The notes under the pieces were generated by a model that was not told where the DNA came from, did not search any database, and worked only from the letters and a program-made list of their open reading frames with translations. Both the position numbers and the translations under genes were made by a program. DNA of 62,807 nucleotides, filler included, from Limisphaerales bacterium (GTDB lineage Bacteria; Verrucomicrobiota; Verrucomicrobiia; Limisphaerales; SIBE01), in assembly GCA_044225505.1 (NCBI GenBank). It is 6 parts of 5 records of this genome, joined end to end, with 100 filler letters (N's around TTAATTAATTAA, not from the genome) between each part and the next. Parts side by side here need not be neighbours in the genome. Positions count along the whole stretch, not along the records: positions 1 to 9,364 come from JBGAIN010000243.1; positions 9,465 to 18,817 come from JBGAIN010000244.1; 4 more parts are not named here. One strand, written 5' to 3'. Of the stretch, positions 1 to 10,455 are shown one piece after another. Position 1 is the first letter of the stretch, and each line of letters begins with the position of its first letter.

Positions 1-22
1 GACTTGGAATCGCGCCCATTCA

Positions 23-195
23 AGCTCGGCGTTAAAACGCCGAGCTATTCTCGAGTTGCCCCATCCGGGGCGCCAGGAGGCAATTACCGAATGGCATTAG
101 AATTTATTCCGCCCGGAGCCCCGACTGGCGGACCGCGCCTGGAATCATCCGCAGCGCGCCCTCCGTGCGTCCGTTCCTGCGGACTGAAAGTCCGC
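23..195. repeat. Cluster of short GC-rich palindromes (REP-like)
   Basis: Three hairpins: AGCTCGGCGTT-AA-AACGCCGAGCT (23-46), GCCCC-ATCC-GGGGC (58-71) and GCGGACT-GAA-AGTCCGC (179-195). They lie just downstream of a RAYT-like remnant. Confidence 0.6.
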
Positions 196-217
196 GTTCC
201 CATGAAGTCGCGAGCGT

Positions 218-595
218 TCAATCTCGTCCCTCGTTGGTCAACTGTCGCCTAAGTCTGTTCCCACATTTCAGCAGCTTGCGCAGAAGGGTCGTTCCAGGAA
301 CACGTTTAGCGGCGCTTTTCGAGCCTCCGGTTTGCCCGTATGCCCTGGCCGCCTCTTCCAGGACCCATCTCTCCTTCCCGCGCTCCGTATTCTCCGTGTC
401 TCGCCGCGACAGGATCAGCGGCTTGATCCTCTCCACAAACCCCGCGCTCCTTACAGTCAGACTTTCCGTCCACCACGGCTCCCGCTTCAGATTCAACACG
501 ATATCGCAGAGACATTCCCACAAATACCCCCCCGGACTCCCGGTTCTCTGGTTAAACGCTTCGTGCAACTCTTCGTTCGCGTCCACCAGCGTCAC
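218..595 (-). pseudogene. Internally deleted REP-associated tyrosine transposase (RAYT / IS200-like Y1) remnant
   Basis: Segments LVDA.EE, AFNQR.G, GYLWECLCDIVLNL and KREPWWTESL.V.SAGFVERIKPLILSRR..E...WVLEE...YG..GSKSAAK resemble, from recall, successive but widely separated parts of Verrucomicrobia RAYT proteins. The HUH motif and N-terminus are absent. Confidence 0.6.
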
Positions 596-3500
596 GGCGA
601 CAGCCAGAGCACCCGGTAGAATCGTTCCTCAAGCTCTCCTGACATGGTTTTATCGTCAACGAGGTAGGGCATGACAGAGCTCGATCGCCGATCTGTAGTC
701 GTCCAGGTCTTCAAATCCGCCGAGACTTGGAGTTCATAGGTCTGCCCGGCGTGCCCGCGGATCAAGAGTTGCGATCCGGCCGACCTGGAAGGCGGTTGTT
801 GCACCTCCACGGACGGAACCAGCGCGTCCAGGTGGAAACGAGCTTGGCGCTGGAACTCTGGAGTGACGCGGCCGGCGGAACTTAAGGCAAACGCGCTGAG
901 CGACTTTGCGGCCCCAAGGTAGTCCTTCAACCTGACGCTAGCGGACGCAAGCACGAATTGATTATCGACCGCTTCAGGGTTCACGGCTCCGGGAGCAAAA
1001 AGCGCCGCTTGTTGGGCGAGATCTCGGGCTGATTCCCAGCGTTCTTGGTCCCAAGCTTGAAAGGCTAACCGTTCCAGATGGCGGGCGCGCGCGGAGTCGT
1101 CTGTCGCTGCAGCGACTCGGAAAGCGATCTCCGCTCCGGTCAGAGCGGAACCGCTGACGGGAGCGGCCAGGCTAGCGAGGCCATGGCCATCCCATTGTAC
1201 GCGCAGTGCGTAGTTACCTGGTTCCAATCCCAAAACGGCCGGGTCTGTCAAATACTCCTGCGTCCAGCTTCCCAGCCGCTGTTCAATCCCTGTCGATGCG
1301 TCCGAAACGGTCCTGGAATAGGCCGCCCAACGGTCGGGCGCCAGGACACTCGTCCGAACCCCGTTAGTTCCCAACCGGAAGAGTTCCAGGCGCAGCCCGT
1401 TCCACCAGTCGGACGCCATGGCTGGGAGCGTCGGAGGTCCGTTGTGCTGCCCTTGGCGCAGGGCTTGTGTCCAAGCCTCCGTTGCTGACGGAGCGTTCAA
1501 GCGGACCACTAACCGCAGCGGATCCCCTGCCAGAACCGGTTCCCAAAGCACCTCTGCGCTCACTTGGAAGCCTGGGGCTGTCGCCGTCGCAAACGACTGC
1601 AGGGAGCGGTCCGCCATAGCGAGAGCATTCTCCCGCGCCGCGATGTCCATTTCCGGGCTGGCGCCACGCGGGTGCAACGTGAGCAGGGAAGCTTTGCCCT
1701 GACGGTCGGTGACGTGAATCTGCTTGTAACACCCTTTGCCTTCCTTGGTAGCGACGGCGCTTTGACAAAATTCCTGAGGTCGAATGGCATCATTGTTCCA
1801 GCGCGCTTTGAGTTCCATACGGTCTGTAGGATCCTTGGGACAATCGGTATCCAGGTATCGCATGTAACACGTCCAGGGTCCGCCGGTGTTGGGGGAGACA
1901 AGGTCGTCAATGCCGACGCCGTGGCCCATTTCGTGGCTGACGCCCGCCATCAGGTAAAAATGATTCTGCGCTCCCCACTCTCCTGGGTTCGAAAGAATAT
2001 ATTCATCCGCTAACCGCCTCCACTCGGTGTTGAGCCAAGCCTTTTCGTCCGGTGGAGCCGAGGAGTAATTGGCAAACAACGGCAAAGCTGCGGTGTGATA
2101 GCGGACATACGCACGGCAGATAGCCGCCAGACTGGGGGGATACAGTTCAATGGCGAAGGTCGCCCGTGGCCCGTCCGGCCAACTGCCGCCGGTCACGTCG
2201 TGGTAGGCGAACCCGTAACAGGCGCTGATGTCATTCTTCAGCGGACTGCCGTATTTGGCGACCCACATCTCTTGAAAGTCTTCGGCCAGGGCGGGCGATT
2301 GACTCTGGACGACACGCACATGCACAGCGTGTTGGTCTGTGGCATGGCCGAATCCGGACGTATTGAAGTTCACGATCCGCTTGTCGCTGCCCGCGGGGCC
2401 AGGGCCCGTCCAAGTGTCGGATTGCACAAAGCGGACCCGAAACTTGCTGGCCGTTTCAAAGCTCATCAGCGACTCCAGATTCAGCCGAACCACATTGTCC
2501 GGATCGTAGACGAAGAGGTGCTTCTTGCGCGCTTTGAGTCGTTCGTGGGTTTCCCCGAACTGAAAGCCTCGGTACTTCTCATACAGAGAGATTCCATCCC
2601 CGTTCGCTTCGTGATCATTCGGTTCGTCCGCCTCATCCCACGCTGGATCCTGGGCCTGTCCAAACGTGCCTTCCTCTTTTTCCCAGGTGTCGGCGATGTG
2701 ATTGTCATTCTCGTCCTTGGGCAACGTGATCGCGGTTTGCTCGGGATGCCCTTCGACAAACCCTTCAATCTCTTGGCCCGTGTCCAGGATTGCCGTGACT
2801 CTCACTTTTCCATACGCGCCGTAGTCGTAACACAGCACAACGGCAATGGCGTCTGTCGTGAAACGCTCCGTTTCCAGCGATTGAGCCTGGTTTGGAGGTG
2901 TAAACCCTCCAGGCGTCGCAAATCCGAGATCGAAATAGTCGAGCGCTTGATCTTTGGCAGGATGGTTCATGCAAATCCCAGGTTCTTTGGAGGTCTCGAC
3001 CAACTCGAAACGGAACTTGGCTTTCCGTACTGGCGGTGGCGCAGTCGTTCCCGCCATGCGCAATTCCGCCCGGACTTCGACAGGGAGAGTTCCGGGGAAC
3101 ACATGGTCAGGGCCGGCCTTGGGAATCCAACTGTCGTAATCGCGCGGTGGAAGGATCACCACTTCGACCTTGCCGTCGCCGCCTCGAGTGAGTGTGAATC
3201 TTGCCGTCACTCTTCCCTGAGCGAGCGGACCCGAATAGCTGGCTTCTCCTTGTCCGGAAGCGTTGAACTCGGCGGCGTTCGGTTGAAACTGGACCATTCC
3301 CGATCCCTCCTGCATCGAATAGTTGTCTTCGGCCATCTTGATGGCGGTTCGGGCCATCCGTTCACTTCCTTGGCCAGCCTCGGGCGTCGACAGAATAAGA
3401 TCGTTCAAGTAACTCCACCCGATCGTGGCTCTGCCTTGGGACGGCATGTAATTGACCGAAATAGTTCCTTTGGGCACCGATCGTTCGCTGTAGGTCCACG

Positions 3501-3828
3501 ACTCAATATCCAGGATGTGTCCACCTCCAGAAGCCGTCAGGGTATACTGCTCTTCCGAAGCCTCTTTGTAGCGGCCGGTGGCTGGATCGGGTCGGAACAC
3601 GGCCCGCCCAGTCAGGTGCACCTCACATTTATCCGACATCGCGGTTGAGATACTGGCTTCGCCGGTCGCTGAAACGTCCACCGTAACCACCAGTTCATCC
3701 GCGCCAGCGGCTTGGCTCGGGAGCACACCGTTCTGGAGCGCAAGTGTGGCTGACAGCAGCCCGCCGCTGAGAAGCAATTTCGATGAGGCAAGTCTGAGTA
3801 TTGGCAACAGTCGGCTTACTAAGTGCAC
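592..3828 (-). CDS. Large secreted protein with metzincin-like Zn motif, Ca-binding-like repeat, TPR-like helices and Verrucomicrobia C-terminal domain
   Basis: 1078-aa ORF. Hydrophobic N-terminus, DENDNHIADTWE repeat, HEMGHGVGIDD followed by CYMRY (Met-turn-like), helical region, and C-terminus G..GQTYELQVSADLKTW...RFYRV. Confidence 0.8.
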   Translation of the reverse strand: MHLVSRLLPILRLASSKLLLSGGLLSATLALQNGVLPSQAAGADELVVTVDVSATGEASISTAMSDKCEVHLTGRAVFRPDPATGRYKEASEEQYTLTASGGGHILDIESWTYSERSVPKGTISVNYMPSQGRATIGWSYLNDLILSTPEAGQGSERMARTAIKMAEDNYSMQEGSGMVQFQPNAAEFNASGQGEASYSGPLAQGRVTARFTLTRGGDGKVEVVILPPRDYDSWIPKAGPDHVFPGTLPVEVRAELRMAGTTAPPPVRKAKFRFELVETSKEPGICMNHPAKDQALDYFDLGFATPGGFTPPNQAQSLETERFTTDAIAVVLCYDYGAYGKVRVTAILDTGQEIEGFVEGHPEQTAITLPKDENDNHIADTWEKEEGTFGQAQDPAWDEADEPNDHEANGDGISLYEKYRGFQFGETHERLKARKKHLFVYDPDNVVRLNLESLMSFETASKFRVRFVQSDTWTGPGPAGSDKRIVNFNTSGFGHATDQHAVHVRVVQSQSPALAEDFQEMWVAKYGSPLKNDISACYGFAYHDVTGGSWPDGPRATFAIELYPPSLAAICRAYVRYHTAALPLFANYSSAPPDEKAWLNTEWRRLADEYILSNPGEWGAQNHFYLMAGVSHEMGHGVGIDDLVSPNTGGPWTCYMRYLDTDCPKDPTDRMELKARWNNDAIRPQEFCQSAVATKEGKGCYKQIHVTDRQGKASLLTLHPRGASPEMDIAARENALAMADRSLQSFATATAPGFQVSAEVLWEPVLAGDPLRLVVRLNAPSATEAWTQALRQGQHNGPPTLPAMASDWWNGLRLELFRLGTNGVRTSVLAPDRWAAYSRTVSDASTGIEQRLGSWTQEYLTDPAVLGLEPGNYALRVQWDGHGLASLAAPVSGSALTGAEIAFRVAAATDDSARARHLERLAFQAWDQERWESARDLAQQAALFAPGAVNPEAVDNQFVLASASVRLKDYLGAAKSLSAFALSSAGRVTPEFQRQARFHLDALVPSVEVQQPPSRSAGSQLLIRGHAGQTYELQVSADLKTWTTTDRRSSSVMPYLVDDKTMSGELEERFYRVLWLSP

Positions 3829-4182
3829 GCCACCAGATTAGGATATTTTATCGTCAACGGCAATATTCAAACCTGACGGCAAAGGTAACTTCACACAGCT
3901 CGCGTGACTTCACGGAAATGTTGCACAGTTTGTCCTCAATTTGTTGACGGCTGAACGCTCGGTCTCTTTATCGTATAGCCGCTTTATTGCTCGCGGGGTC
4001 ACTTTCCGAGCAGGGAATCCAGTCGCAGAGATCCAGAGATTCGATAGTTTCCAAAGAATCCTCACGATTGCTTGAGGAACTGGCGCCACGGAGTTTGAGC
4101 AGCGCTGCCGTGAGCTTACAATCGAACGGGTAAGTCTTTACTCATACCGTTACGCTTTTGCCGAGAGAGCTCGAGTATCGCG

Positions 4183-5277
4183 TTATGGCTGTATTGCTCG
4201 ATAAAAGCGTTGGTCGAGCATACCATTAGAACGGAGACGGACGAGACCGGGGAATGGATGACCTTCCACCGATTCAAAGTAACTGCACAGGTAGACCCCG
4301 CCTTGCGCATCCGCCAGCAATGCAGGAGGCATGGAAAGTTCCACAGGCAACTCTGCAAGGCCGGTCAGTTTTCCGGTGGGATCATAGGTAAGCAGAATGG
4401 ACCGATACTCGTACTCCTGACCGTCGAGACGATCAATTTGTTGGACGGTGAACAGACCCCCATCGGGCCGATCCGCTGCCGAAATGACGGCGACGGACGC
4501 GGGAAACTCTTCCGCAGCCACAGCCCGGAAATCTAGCGTCGCGGGAATCTCATTGTCGGCGACACGTGTTATAGCTGAAGCTTCGTCGATAACTGCGCCA
4601 GGAGACGGGTTGGAAAGCCGGACTGCAAGAGTTTGCGGAAGGTTCACCAAACCATTGTCCGTCCACGGAATCTTCAATTCCATGACTCGTTCCCCGGCGG
4701 GAAAGGTGACGGTGCCGGCCGCGGGCTGGTAGTCCACACCCGGCTGTGCAGTTCCCTCGCCGGTGGTTGCCCAATCCGCAGTTACGACCAGGTTGGTATC
4801 GCCGCGGCGATAAACCTGAAAAAGCGCGCCGAAGTTCTCGCTGCCGTTCGAGGGAAGGATTTTCAGTGTCGGCACGAGATTGCGGAGGGTGACGGCGAGA
4901 TTTGTTCGCGCCCCCGGCAGAGCACCCGCAATGACCTGCAATTGGAGTTTCAACGTCTCATCAACCTCATGAAAACCATCGTCGTTGATGAAGAATTCAA
5001 TAAACTCGTGCCCTGGGCGTATGGAAAGGATTTCTCGAGGAAGAGAATAGTCCGGAGTGGTGGCTGTTCCTCCAGCGACCACCACCCGGATGCGGATATC
5101 GGTCTCGGGCCAAGATGAGACGGAAATTGGAATATATCCAAACCCTCCCTCGGCGACTTGTAAGGCATCGACACCGAACTCAACCATTGACGCGGCACGA
5201 GCCGGGATGCAGGCGATCCAACTCAGACAGAGCATGCTAATACAAAATCGTGAGGATAGAGACTGCATTGGACTCAT
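4183..5277 (-). CDS. Secreted Calx-beta domain protein, apparently internally deleted
   Basis: Signal peptide (IPARA) and two Calx-beta repeats (GGTATTPDY...DDGFHEVDET; GTAQPGVDY...GTVTFPAGE). A partial delta-60-like repeat (LVRLRSNGMLD) runs directly into QRFYRAIQP*. Confidence 0.75.
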   Translation of the reverse strand: MSPMQSLSSRFCISMLCLSWIACIPARAASMVEFGVDALQVAEGGFGYIPISVSSWPETDIRIRVVVAGGTATTPDYSLPREILSIRPGHEFIEFFINDDGFHEVDETLKLQLQVIAGALPGARTNLAVTLRNLVPTLKILPSNGSENFGALFQVYRRGDTNLVVTADWATTGEGTAQPGVDYQPAAGTVTFPAGERVMELKIPWTDNGLVNLPQTLAVRLSNPSPGAVIDEASAITRVADNEIPATLDFRAVAAEEFPASVAVISAADRPDGGLFTVQQIDRLDGQEYEYRSILLTYDPTGKLTGLAELPVELSMPPALLADAQGGVYLCSYFESVEGHPFPGLVRLRSNGMLDQRFYRAIQP

Positions 5278-5306
5278 GAGAAGGGCGAAGTCTTAGTCAG
5301 AGACTA

Positions 5307-6212
5307 CTATCGAACTCGGCGCGTGGTGCGATGCTGAATCCAGATGAGATCGCGATTGTTGGGAGAGGCAACGCCATCGTTGAGCCAGAGCCAATTGCTT
5401 CCCTTCTTCAAGCTTGGCATCGTTCGCGAATCAACCCACCGATGGATTTCAGAATGTCCGTCGGCGAAGGACAGGCCGCCCGCACGATGATGGTAGCTGC
5501 CAGGGAAATCCGTGCTCCACCAAGCTTCTTCCGGGTGGTCTGGATAGCCCGTCATGTCGGTGAAAAAGCCCCCCGAATTCAGAGAATCCTCACGCATGTC
5601 AAGAAAGACCCAGGTCATCGCGGGCCCCGGGTCTACAAAGTCCGTGTCCCGGTGATAAACGCGCCAGCCGCTGGTATTTCGATAGGGTACAAGTCCGGGA
5701 GGAGTTGTCCAAGCGGTCCCTCCGACCCAATTGTTCATGCTCATGCTGCGAACGCGAGGGACGACTCGACCGCGGAAAGGGCCGGAAGAGGGCTTTACCA
5801 CGGAGAGGTCCGCAGGACATTTGAAAATTCCGGGCGAACGGCCGCAATACATCCAGAGCGGGCTCGCTGTAATGTCCTTATCAATATCCCAATTGCTCTG
5901 ATTTTCAGGCTTAAAGTCCATAAACCCGGTCATCCAAGCGCCGCTGGTTGGGGAGAAACCTTCTGAGCAGGGAAGGCGGCCATCGTTATCGTCAACGTAC
6001 ATGCGCCAAGCTAAGGTGAGCTGTTTGTGGTTACCCATGCATTGAATCCCCTGGGCTTTGAGTTTCGCCTTGGCAAGGGCCGGCAGGAGCAGAGAGGCGA
6101 GAACCGCGATGATCGCGATGACGACGAGCAACTCGATTAACGTAAAGCCTTGGGCGCAGCGCGGCCTTCGCAGCCGAGGGGAATTCATGCTTAGGATGGG
6201 AAAGGTTCGCAT
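5307..6212 (-). CDS. Prepilin-type N-terminal cleavage/methylation protein with H-X9-DG motif (DUF1559-like)
   Basis: [47 protein letters not shown]. Start placed at ATG 6212, just after the kinase stop codon. Confidence 0.9.
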   Translation of the reverse strand: MRTFPILSMNSPRLRRPRCAQGFTLIELLVVIAIIAVLASLLLPALAKAKLKAQGIQCMGNHKQLTLAWRMYVDDNDGRLPCSEGFSPTSGAWMTGFMDFKPENQSNWDIDKDITASPLWMYCGRSPGIFKCPADLSVVKPSSGPFRGRVVPRVRSMSMNNWVGGTAWTTPPGLVPYRNTSGWRVYHRDTDFVDPGPAMTWVFLDMREDSLNSGGFFTDMTGYPDHPEEAWWSTDFPGSYHHRAGGLSFADGHSEIHRWVDSRTMPSLKKGSNWLWLNDGVASPNNRDLIWIQHRTTRRVR

Positions 6213-6220
6213 TGGGTTGT

Positions 6221-9200
6221 TCACTGAAAGTTTGGCTTCGAAGTTGATTCCGCGCGCCACAGTCTGAATTCATCGAAGCTCGCTGAGACAATGAGCTGCC
6301 CGTCTGAAGTGAATGCCAGTTCACGGATCTCCTCCTGATGTCCTGTGAGCCTTCCAACTAATTGACGTGAATCAAGGCTCCAGAGGGTGATCGTTTCCGA
6401 TTCCCCGAGAGCCAAAGTCCGACCGTCGGGAGAGATGGCGGAGCTCACCCCAAGGTGCGGAGTGGGATGGAGCTCGGAATGTCGCTGTCCGGTTTTCCAG
6501 TCATAAAGAAACACGTCCTGCCAGCCAGAAGCGACCAGCAGGCTGCCATGAAAACGAACGCTTTTAAGTTGCGTGAACTTCGGCTGGAACGAGTGCAGAA
6601 GCCGGGATCGCTCCAAATCCCAAACGTAAATGAAACCGCCGAGGGTAACGGCAGAAGCGTACCTGCCATCGGCTGAAAAACCAATGTCTCCAACGGTCGG
6701 CTCGCAAGTGAAATGCTTCAGCTCCTGCCCCGTTAAAGCGTCGCAAATAATGAATGAGGAAGGTGACAGGCCAAAGGCGAGCGTTCGCCCGTTGGGGGAG
6801 AAACGGATTCGGTTCAATTCGCCAGGCGGCAACGATTTCTGGTAACGCACGCGATCACTTTCGATATCCCAGATGAGAAGATCCGAGCGATTGGGAGCGC
6901 TGGCAATAGAGGTGCCCAAACCGAAGGCCGCAACCTTTGCTCGTGGACCAAGCGCGGACTGGCCAACAGTTCCAGCCGGCAACGAATGTCTTTTCCCTTC
7001 CCGAAAAGTTCGGGTCTCCCAAACCTTAAAAGTGTTATTGGAGAAAACAGCGAGGAGATGTTCTCCATCCGGAGAAAGAGTGAAAACTGGACCATTGTCG
7101 ATAGTAACGGCGAGGCCTTTAGGCAATGCTTGCGAGCTTTTCTCGACAGGTTGCTCAGTTAGGTTCCAGATTCGGATGGTATCGTCGCCTGCCGTAATGA
7201 GCTGGTCGGCCTTTGGCGAGAAGGCTGCATCGTAAACCTCTTTGGTATGGCCTCGGAGTTGCCGCTCCAGAGCGCCTGTCTTGGAATCAAAAATCTTAAC
7301 TACCTGGGTTTCGTCGACCGAGGCGAATGACCCTGAGTCCGGGGCGAAAACGAGGTGGGATGTGGCTTTGCCGACGTTTGTTAAAACGAGCCTTGCACGA
7401 TGAGCCGCCGTGTCCCACACGCGTACGCTGCGGTCCAGGGCCCCTGAGGCCAATTGATTCCCATCCGGAGAAAACGCCAGAGCCAAAACCAAATCGTTAT
7501 GCCCGCGTAATACCGCCAGGTTGGTCCTAGTCGCGATGTCCCAAAGAATAATTTCGCCTGTTCGCCCAGGACAATATGCGACCGTCTGATTATCCGGAGA
7601 AAAAGCAAAACCGGTCGGTTCTTGTTTGGTCCAGAAAGCGGGCAAGGTGGCGATTTCCTCACGGGTTGCCACGTTTAACAGGTGAACTCCGTGGTAATAG
7701 TCCTCGTAAGCGAGCATTTTACCATTCGGTGAAAAGCGCAGCAGTGCTCTCGGCCACGAATTCGAAGCGATCTCGAGTTCCAACTTGCGCGTGGAGAGAT
7801 TCCAAAGCCGGAGGAAGTGTTGCGGCCCCAGTTTGGCCTTGCTTCGATCGGTTATAGTGGCGAGCCAGCGACCATCCGGGGACTGCGCCGCCGCGGAAAC
7901 CGGACGATCATGCTCGAACTGGGCAATCTGAGTGCGCGATCCGAGGTCCCAAAGCCGAACAGTTTTGTCGAGGCTGGCAGACCACCCAGTCCTGCCGTCA
8001 GGCAAAATGCCAACGGACGTGACCAAATCTTGATGCGTCCCAAGCACAACGCTGCCACCCGACTTGGCCTGGGCCTCATAATATCGCCAGTCCCATCCGC
8101 GGAAATCTTCGGTGTTTTGCCGCCGCGGTTTGTGCTTCTCGAGCAGAGCTACCGCACGCCCCAAATCGTTTTCGTTGAGCGCCGTTTGGGTGAGAAGCAT
8201 GTCCGAAGCGTACAGGCTGGCCTCAGCCGCTTTTCGAGACTGATTGATCCGATAGAAGGCGAAGGGCGAGACGATCACGATAAGAATCAAGATCCCGCTC
8301 AGCAGGAAATAAGCAGTCGCCAGAGCTGGGTTCCGTTGAGACCAGCGTCGAACCCGTCCCACCCGGGTGATCGGGCGGGCGGAAATAGGTTCCTTGTTAA
8401 GGAAACGCTGGATGTCGTCTGCGAGCAACTGAGACGTGGCGTAACGCCTCGATGGATCTTTTTCCAGACACTTGAGACAGATGGTTTCAAGGTCGCTCGG
8501 AATTTGCGGGTTAAGCAGACGCGGGCGGATCGGTTCTACATGCAGGACTTGGTGGAAGATTGACGGGACGTTGTCGCCCGTAAAGGGGGGACGCCCGGTC
8601 AAGCAGTGGTACAAGATGGCGCCCAGAGCATAAATATCGCTCGTTCGCCCCGCTTCCGGCCTGTTGGGATCCAGGGCCACAGCGCTCCGGATTTGTTCGG
8701 GTGGGATATAGTTTGGAGAGCCAAGGGTTTGGCTGGTTTGTGTCAGTTGCGCATCGCTATTGAGGTTCTTGGCCAGGCCGAAATCGGTCACGCGTGGCTG
8801 ATCGCTATCCAATTCGAGGAGAATGTTGGAGGGCTTCAGATCGCGATGGATAATCCCACGATCGTGCGCATGTTGGATAGCCAGGGCGACGGTGTAAACG
8901 AGATTGGCCGCACGCTCCGGAGGCAGAGAACCATCACGCAGCGCTCGGGCAAGGCTCGGCCCGGAGACAAACTCCATCGAGAGGAAGTGCTGGCCCTGCT
9001 GCATCCCCACTTCATGAATCGCGACGATGTGGGGGTGACGCAAACTCCCAGCAGCGACGGCCTCAGCGCGAAGACGTTCCGCATTGCCGGGCCCGGCCAG
9101 ACCTCCGAACGGCAGAAGTTTCAGGGCGACAATCCGGTTCATGCTGACCTGGCGCGCCCTGTAGACGATGCCCATGCCCCCTCGGCCCAGTTCCTCGATC

Positions 9201-9364
9201 AGTTCGTAGTCCCCAAGGCGCGCAATCGGGGCGTCGGATTGGCTCACGATGGCCATCGGGGCCGCGACCGAAGGCGATAGCACGACGTCTAGAAGGCAGT
9301 GCGGACAAAGCCCGCTCAAGGCGAGCGGAGTGCCGCACGTCGCGCATGTGGCTCGGTTTTCCAT
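6221..9364 (-). CDS. Hanks-type Ser/Thr protein kinase with TM helix and C-terminal WD40 propellers
   Basis: Zn-ribbon-like [55 protein letters not shown] segment; many WD40 repeats. The ATG sits at the contig edge. Confidence 0.95.
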   Translation of the reverse strand: MENRATCATCGTPLALSGLCPHCLLDVVLSPSVAAPMAIVSQSDAPIARLGDYELIEELGRGGMGIVYRARQVSMNRIVALKLLPFGGLAGPGNAERLRAEAVAAGSLRHPHIVAIHEVGMQQGQHFLSMEFVSGPSLARALRDGSLPPERAANLVYTVALAIQHAHDRGIIHRDLKPSNILLELDSDQPRVTDFGLAKNLNSDAQLTQTSQTLGSPNYIPPEQIRSAVALDPNRPEAGRTSDIYALGAILYHCLTGRPPFTGDNVPSIFHQVLHVEPIRPRLLNPQIPSDLETICLKCLEKDPSRRYATSQLLADDIQRFLNKEPISARPITRVGRVRRWSQRNPALATAYFLLSGILILIVIVSPFAFYRINQSRKAAEASLYASDMLLTQTALNENDLGRAVALLEKHKPRRQNTEDFRGWDWRYYEAQAKSGGSVVLGTHQDLVTSVGILPDGRTGWSASLDKTVRLWDLGSRTQIAQFEHDRPVSAAAQSPDGRWLATITDRSKAKLGPQHFLRLWNLSTRKLELEIASNSWPRALLRFSPNGKMLAYEDYYHGVHLLNVATREEIATLPAFWTKQEPTGFAFSPDNQTVAYCPGRTGEIILWDIATRTNLAVLRGHNDLVLALAFSPDGNQLASGALDRSVRVWDTAAHRARLVLTNVGKATSHLVFAPDSGSFASVDETQVVKIFDSKTGALERQLRGHTKEVYDAAFSPKADQLITAGDDTIRIWNLTEQPVEKSSQALPKGLAVTIDNGPVFTLSPDGEHLLAVFSNNTFKVWETRTFREGKRHSLPAGTVGQSALGPRAKVAAFGLGTSIASAPNRSDLLIWDIESDRVRYQKSLPPGELNRIRFSPNGRTLAFGLSPSSFIICDALTGQELKHFTCEPTVGDIGFSADGRYASAVTLGGFIYVWDLERSRLLHSFQPKFTQLKSVRFHGSLLVASGWQDVFLYDWKTGQRHSELHPTPHLGVSSAISPDGRTLALGESETITLWSLDSRQLVGRLTGHQEEIRELAFTSDGQLIVSASFDEFRLWRAESTSKPNFQ

Positions 9365-9464
9365 NNNNNNNNNNNNNNNNNNNNNNNNNNNNNNNNNNNN
9401 NNNNNNNNTTAATTAATTAANNNNNNNNNNNNNNNNNNNNNNNNNNNNNNNNNNNNNNNNNNNN
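9365..9464. other. Artificial contig linker (N44-TTAATTAATTAA-N44)
   Basis: 100-bp N run with a six-frame stop cassette, identical at all five junctions. Confidence 0.98.
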
Positions 9465-10180
9465 CTGCCGGCGCTTTCTCTTTTCGGTTCACGCATCAAG
9501 AAAGCCCACGCTCCCAGGGCAATCCCAGGCAACACCACAATATAAAAAGCCCACCGCCACCCAAACGCCTTCGCCACTTGTTCCCCCAGCACAAACCCCA
9601 AAGCGCTGCCTACGGGAATGGCCATGTAGAACCAGGACAACACCCAACCGCGCACTTTGATGGGATAAAAGTCCGCGATGACTGCCGGCGCCACGGGCCC
9701 GTAAGCTGCCTCACCAACGCCAACGAAACACCGGGTCAGTAAGAGCATCCCAAACGTCGTTGCCAGCCCAGACGCACCACTCGCCAAACTCCAGAGCACC
9801 ACCCCAATGCCGATAAGCACCCACCGCGACGTTCGCTCGGCCAGTTTTCCGAATACTGGCGCCGCAACCATGTAAGTCACCATGAACGCCATGGAGAGCG
9901 CGCCAATCAGTGCGTTGGCCGGCGTAAACCCGAACGCCGTCTGAAACCACGCTAGAAAGCGGGCCGTTACCGACGTGGCATCGCCCATCGCCTGAGCAGC
10001 GCCAGGCCCTTCAAAAAATGCCGTCCGGATTTGTGGCACGACCGCCGCCAATACATAGCGATCAATGTAGTTGAAGAGATTGATGCATAGCAAAAGCACC
10101 AGAGCCGTACGGGCTCCCGGATGAGGCTCGGCCTGGTCACCGGCCACCGGCGTCGGGTTGCTCGGGCTGGGTGGATTCAT
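9465..10180 (-). CDS. MFS transporter, spinster-like (3' truncated by contig edge)
   Basis: INLFNYIDRY; motif A-like GKLAERTSR; RCFVGVGEAAYGPVAP; FGWRWAF. Confidence 0.88.
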
Positions 10181-10355
10181 TTGTAATGCGCCAACGGTCT
10201 CCTGTTCAGTAACGCAACTCCGGGAAAGTCACCAGCAAATCCGCAGGTACCCGGCTCGGTTGACCTACGGCCCGCTTTGAGACTGAGGGCGATGGAACAA
10301 GTTGAGAAAGGCAAAGCGTATGCTTTGGAGGAAGCTAAGCGGAGCGGGAGAGCAC

Positions 10356-10411
10356 ATATCTTCCAATCTAGATGTATTGATTTGACAGAGGCCCGCATAT
10401 TGTGCCATGTT
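10356..10411 (+). promoter_or_regulatory. Putative metH promoter with upstream 20-bp operator-like box
   Basis: ATATC-N10-GATGT (10356-10375), TTGACA at 10382-10387, and weak -10 CATGTT at 10406-10411 (18-bp spacer). Confidence 0.45.
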
Positions 10412-10455
10412 CCTCAGTCACAAATCGTAGTTCCTGATCAATTGAAAGTGCCCGG

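Noticed and set aside
2095..3648. 517-aa plus-strand ORF
   Set aside because: Antisense shadow of the 1078-aa gene with no recognisable motifs.
3985..4110. Hairpins and AGGGAATCC resembling a cobalamin riboswitch
   Set aside because: Wrong orientation for the neighbouring minus-strand genes, and core motifs are incomplete.
10200..10300. Cobalamin/SAM riboswitch upstream of metH (GGGAAAG...AAATCC)
   Set aside because: Lacks the B12-box and other conserved elements, and lies upstream of the likely promoter.
10277..10350. RAMEQVEKGKAYALEEAKR, resembling an antitoxin C-terminus
   Set aside because: Too short to support, with no toxin partner or N-terminal half.
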